Part shown: positions 63,316 through 64,000 of the stretch, piece by piece
How positions within the stretch are numbered: position 1 is the first letter of the stretch
Layout: each line of letters starts with the position of its first letter
From: Candidatus Paracaedibacteraceae bacterium
Lineage (GTDB): Bacteria; Pseudomonadota; Alphaproteobacteria; Paracaedibacterales; CAIOTO01
Reading direction: 5' to 3'
Assembly: GCA_030694965.1 (NCBI GenBank)
Contig: JAUYTZ010000014.1
Coordinates: 5,523 to 69,522 of the forward strand
DNA: 64,000 bases
Notes under the pieces: model-generated
What the model was told of the DNA's origin: nothing
The model's input: the letters and a program-made list of their open reading frames with translations, nothing else
Databases searched by the model: none
Program-made: the position numbers and the translations under genes

Positions 63316-64000
63316 AGTTGTTTACTTTTTCATCAAGCTCGAGCCAGCGAAACTCCATTGAATCAAGATGTGATTTCTTATTAACAAGTTCTTGGGTTAG
63401 CTTATTAAAGTCATCAGGATTCCTTTGATAAAACTGTGGGTCACTTAACTTCTTTTCAAGATCAGTAATTACACTTGATAACACTTTCATTTCAGTCGGT
63501 AATTGTTCAAAATCACGCTTTTCAAGATAAGTTAAACGAACTTTCGATGTTGCAGCAACATCAATTTTTACGTTCTTCATTGATTTTTGGTTTTTTTCTG
63601 GTTTTGGCAAATTTGTACTATGTGTTTCACGTTGACGTAAATAATCTTGATACCCACCAACATACTCTATCGCTGTGCCATTACCTTCAAATGCAATTAA
63701 GCTTGTTACAAGCTGATCCAAGAAATCACGGTCATGACTTACAATCAACAGTGTACCTGGAAATTCACTTAGAACTTCAAGCAATAGATCAAGTGTGTCG
63801 CTATCAAGATCGTTTGTAGGCTCATCCAAGACAAGAAAATCACAGGGCTGTGTTAGTGCTTTAGCTAATGCTAAACGATTACGTTCGCCGCCTGATAAAA
63901 TGTGTGTCATACCACGTGTTTGATTTTCATCAAACAAAAAATCTTTAAGATAGGCTACAACATGTTTACTTTGCCCTTGCACCGTTACATGATCACCACC
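63308..64000 (-). CDS. ABC-F family ATPase (Uup-like), C-terminal part; gene continues beyond the window
   Basis: ABC signature LSGGERNRLALAKAL, Walker B FLVLDEPTNDLD and H-loop SHDR, then a coiled-coil C-terminal extension as in Uup. The reading frame stays open to position 64000. Confidence 0.85.
   Translation of the reverse strand, partial: GGDHVTVQGQSKHVVAYLKDFLFDENQTRGMTHILSGGERNRLALAKALTQPCDFLVLDEPTNDLDSDTLDLLLEVLSEFPGTLLIVSHDRDFLDQLVTSLIAFEGNGTAIEYVGGYQDYLRQRETHSTNLPKPEKNQKSMKNVKIDVAATSKVRLTYLEKRDFEQLPTEMKVLSSVITDLEKKLSDPQFYQRNPDDFNKLTQELVNKKSHLDSMEFRWLELDEKVNNSN

Noticed and set aside
1-64000. Window-wide look for CRISPR arrays, IS elements/transposases, integrases next to the tRNA, prophage genes and known defence genes.
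   Set aside because: No regularly spaced direct repeats and no transposase or phage-like ORFs were seen. The tRNA-Glu flanks contain only a promoter, a terminator and the lepA leader. The only recombinase is a canonical XerC-type protein.

Overview
AT-rich bacterial chromosome, densely packed with housekeeping genes in alternating strand blocks. The gene content points to an alphaproteobacterium, possibly a Rickettsiales/Holosporales-like host-associated lineage. This placement is inference from: short ProS without an insertion domain, adrenodoxin-type Fdx, membrane-anchored cytochrome c, ThyX, tandem NifS-like/IscS desulfurases, a glycine-zipper lipoprotein and a ProP-like MFS transporter. 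I can support about 55 protein genes. They cover translation (prfA, aspS, proS, lepA, tRNA modifiers), envelope and division (ftsA, murF, lpxC, PBP1A, mlaD), DNA repair (ruvC, mutL, recA, xerC), accBC, clpB, greA-thyX-lipA, two RND efflux pairs, and a complete ISC operon (iscR, nifS-like, iscS, iscU, iscA, hscB, hscA, fdx, iscX). There is also one tRNA-Glu(UUC), several rho-independent terminators and one good regulator-site candidate (an IscR-type palindrome in the isc promoter). I found no CRISPR array, transposase, phage gene, toxin-antitoxin pair or recognisable defence operon, and no multi-gene cluster of unknowns. I therefore cannot honestly claim a new multi-component system here. The items most worth a second look are all single loci. 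They are an orphan PilB/GspE-type secretion ATPase sitting in a non-coding desert, a roughly 250-aa protein with two HxS/T motifs (2H phosphoesterase-like), four lineage-specific secreted or low-complexity proteins, a twin-hairpin element between accC and xerC, and interleaved inverted repeats just upstream of proS. All protein calls come from reading the supplied translations against remembered family motifs. No database search was run.
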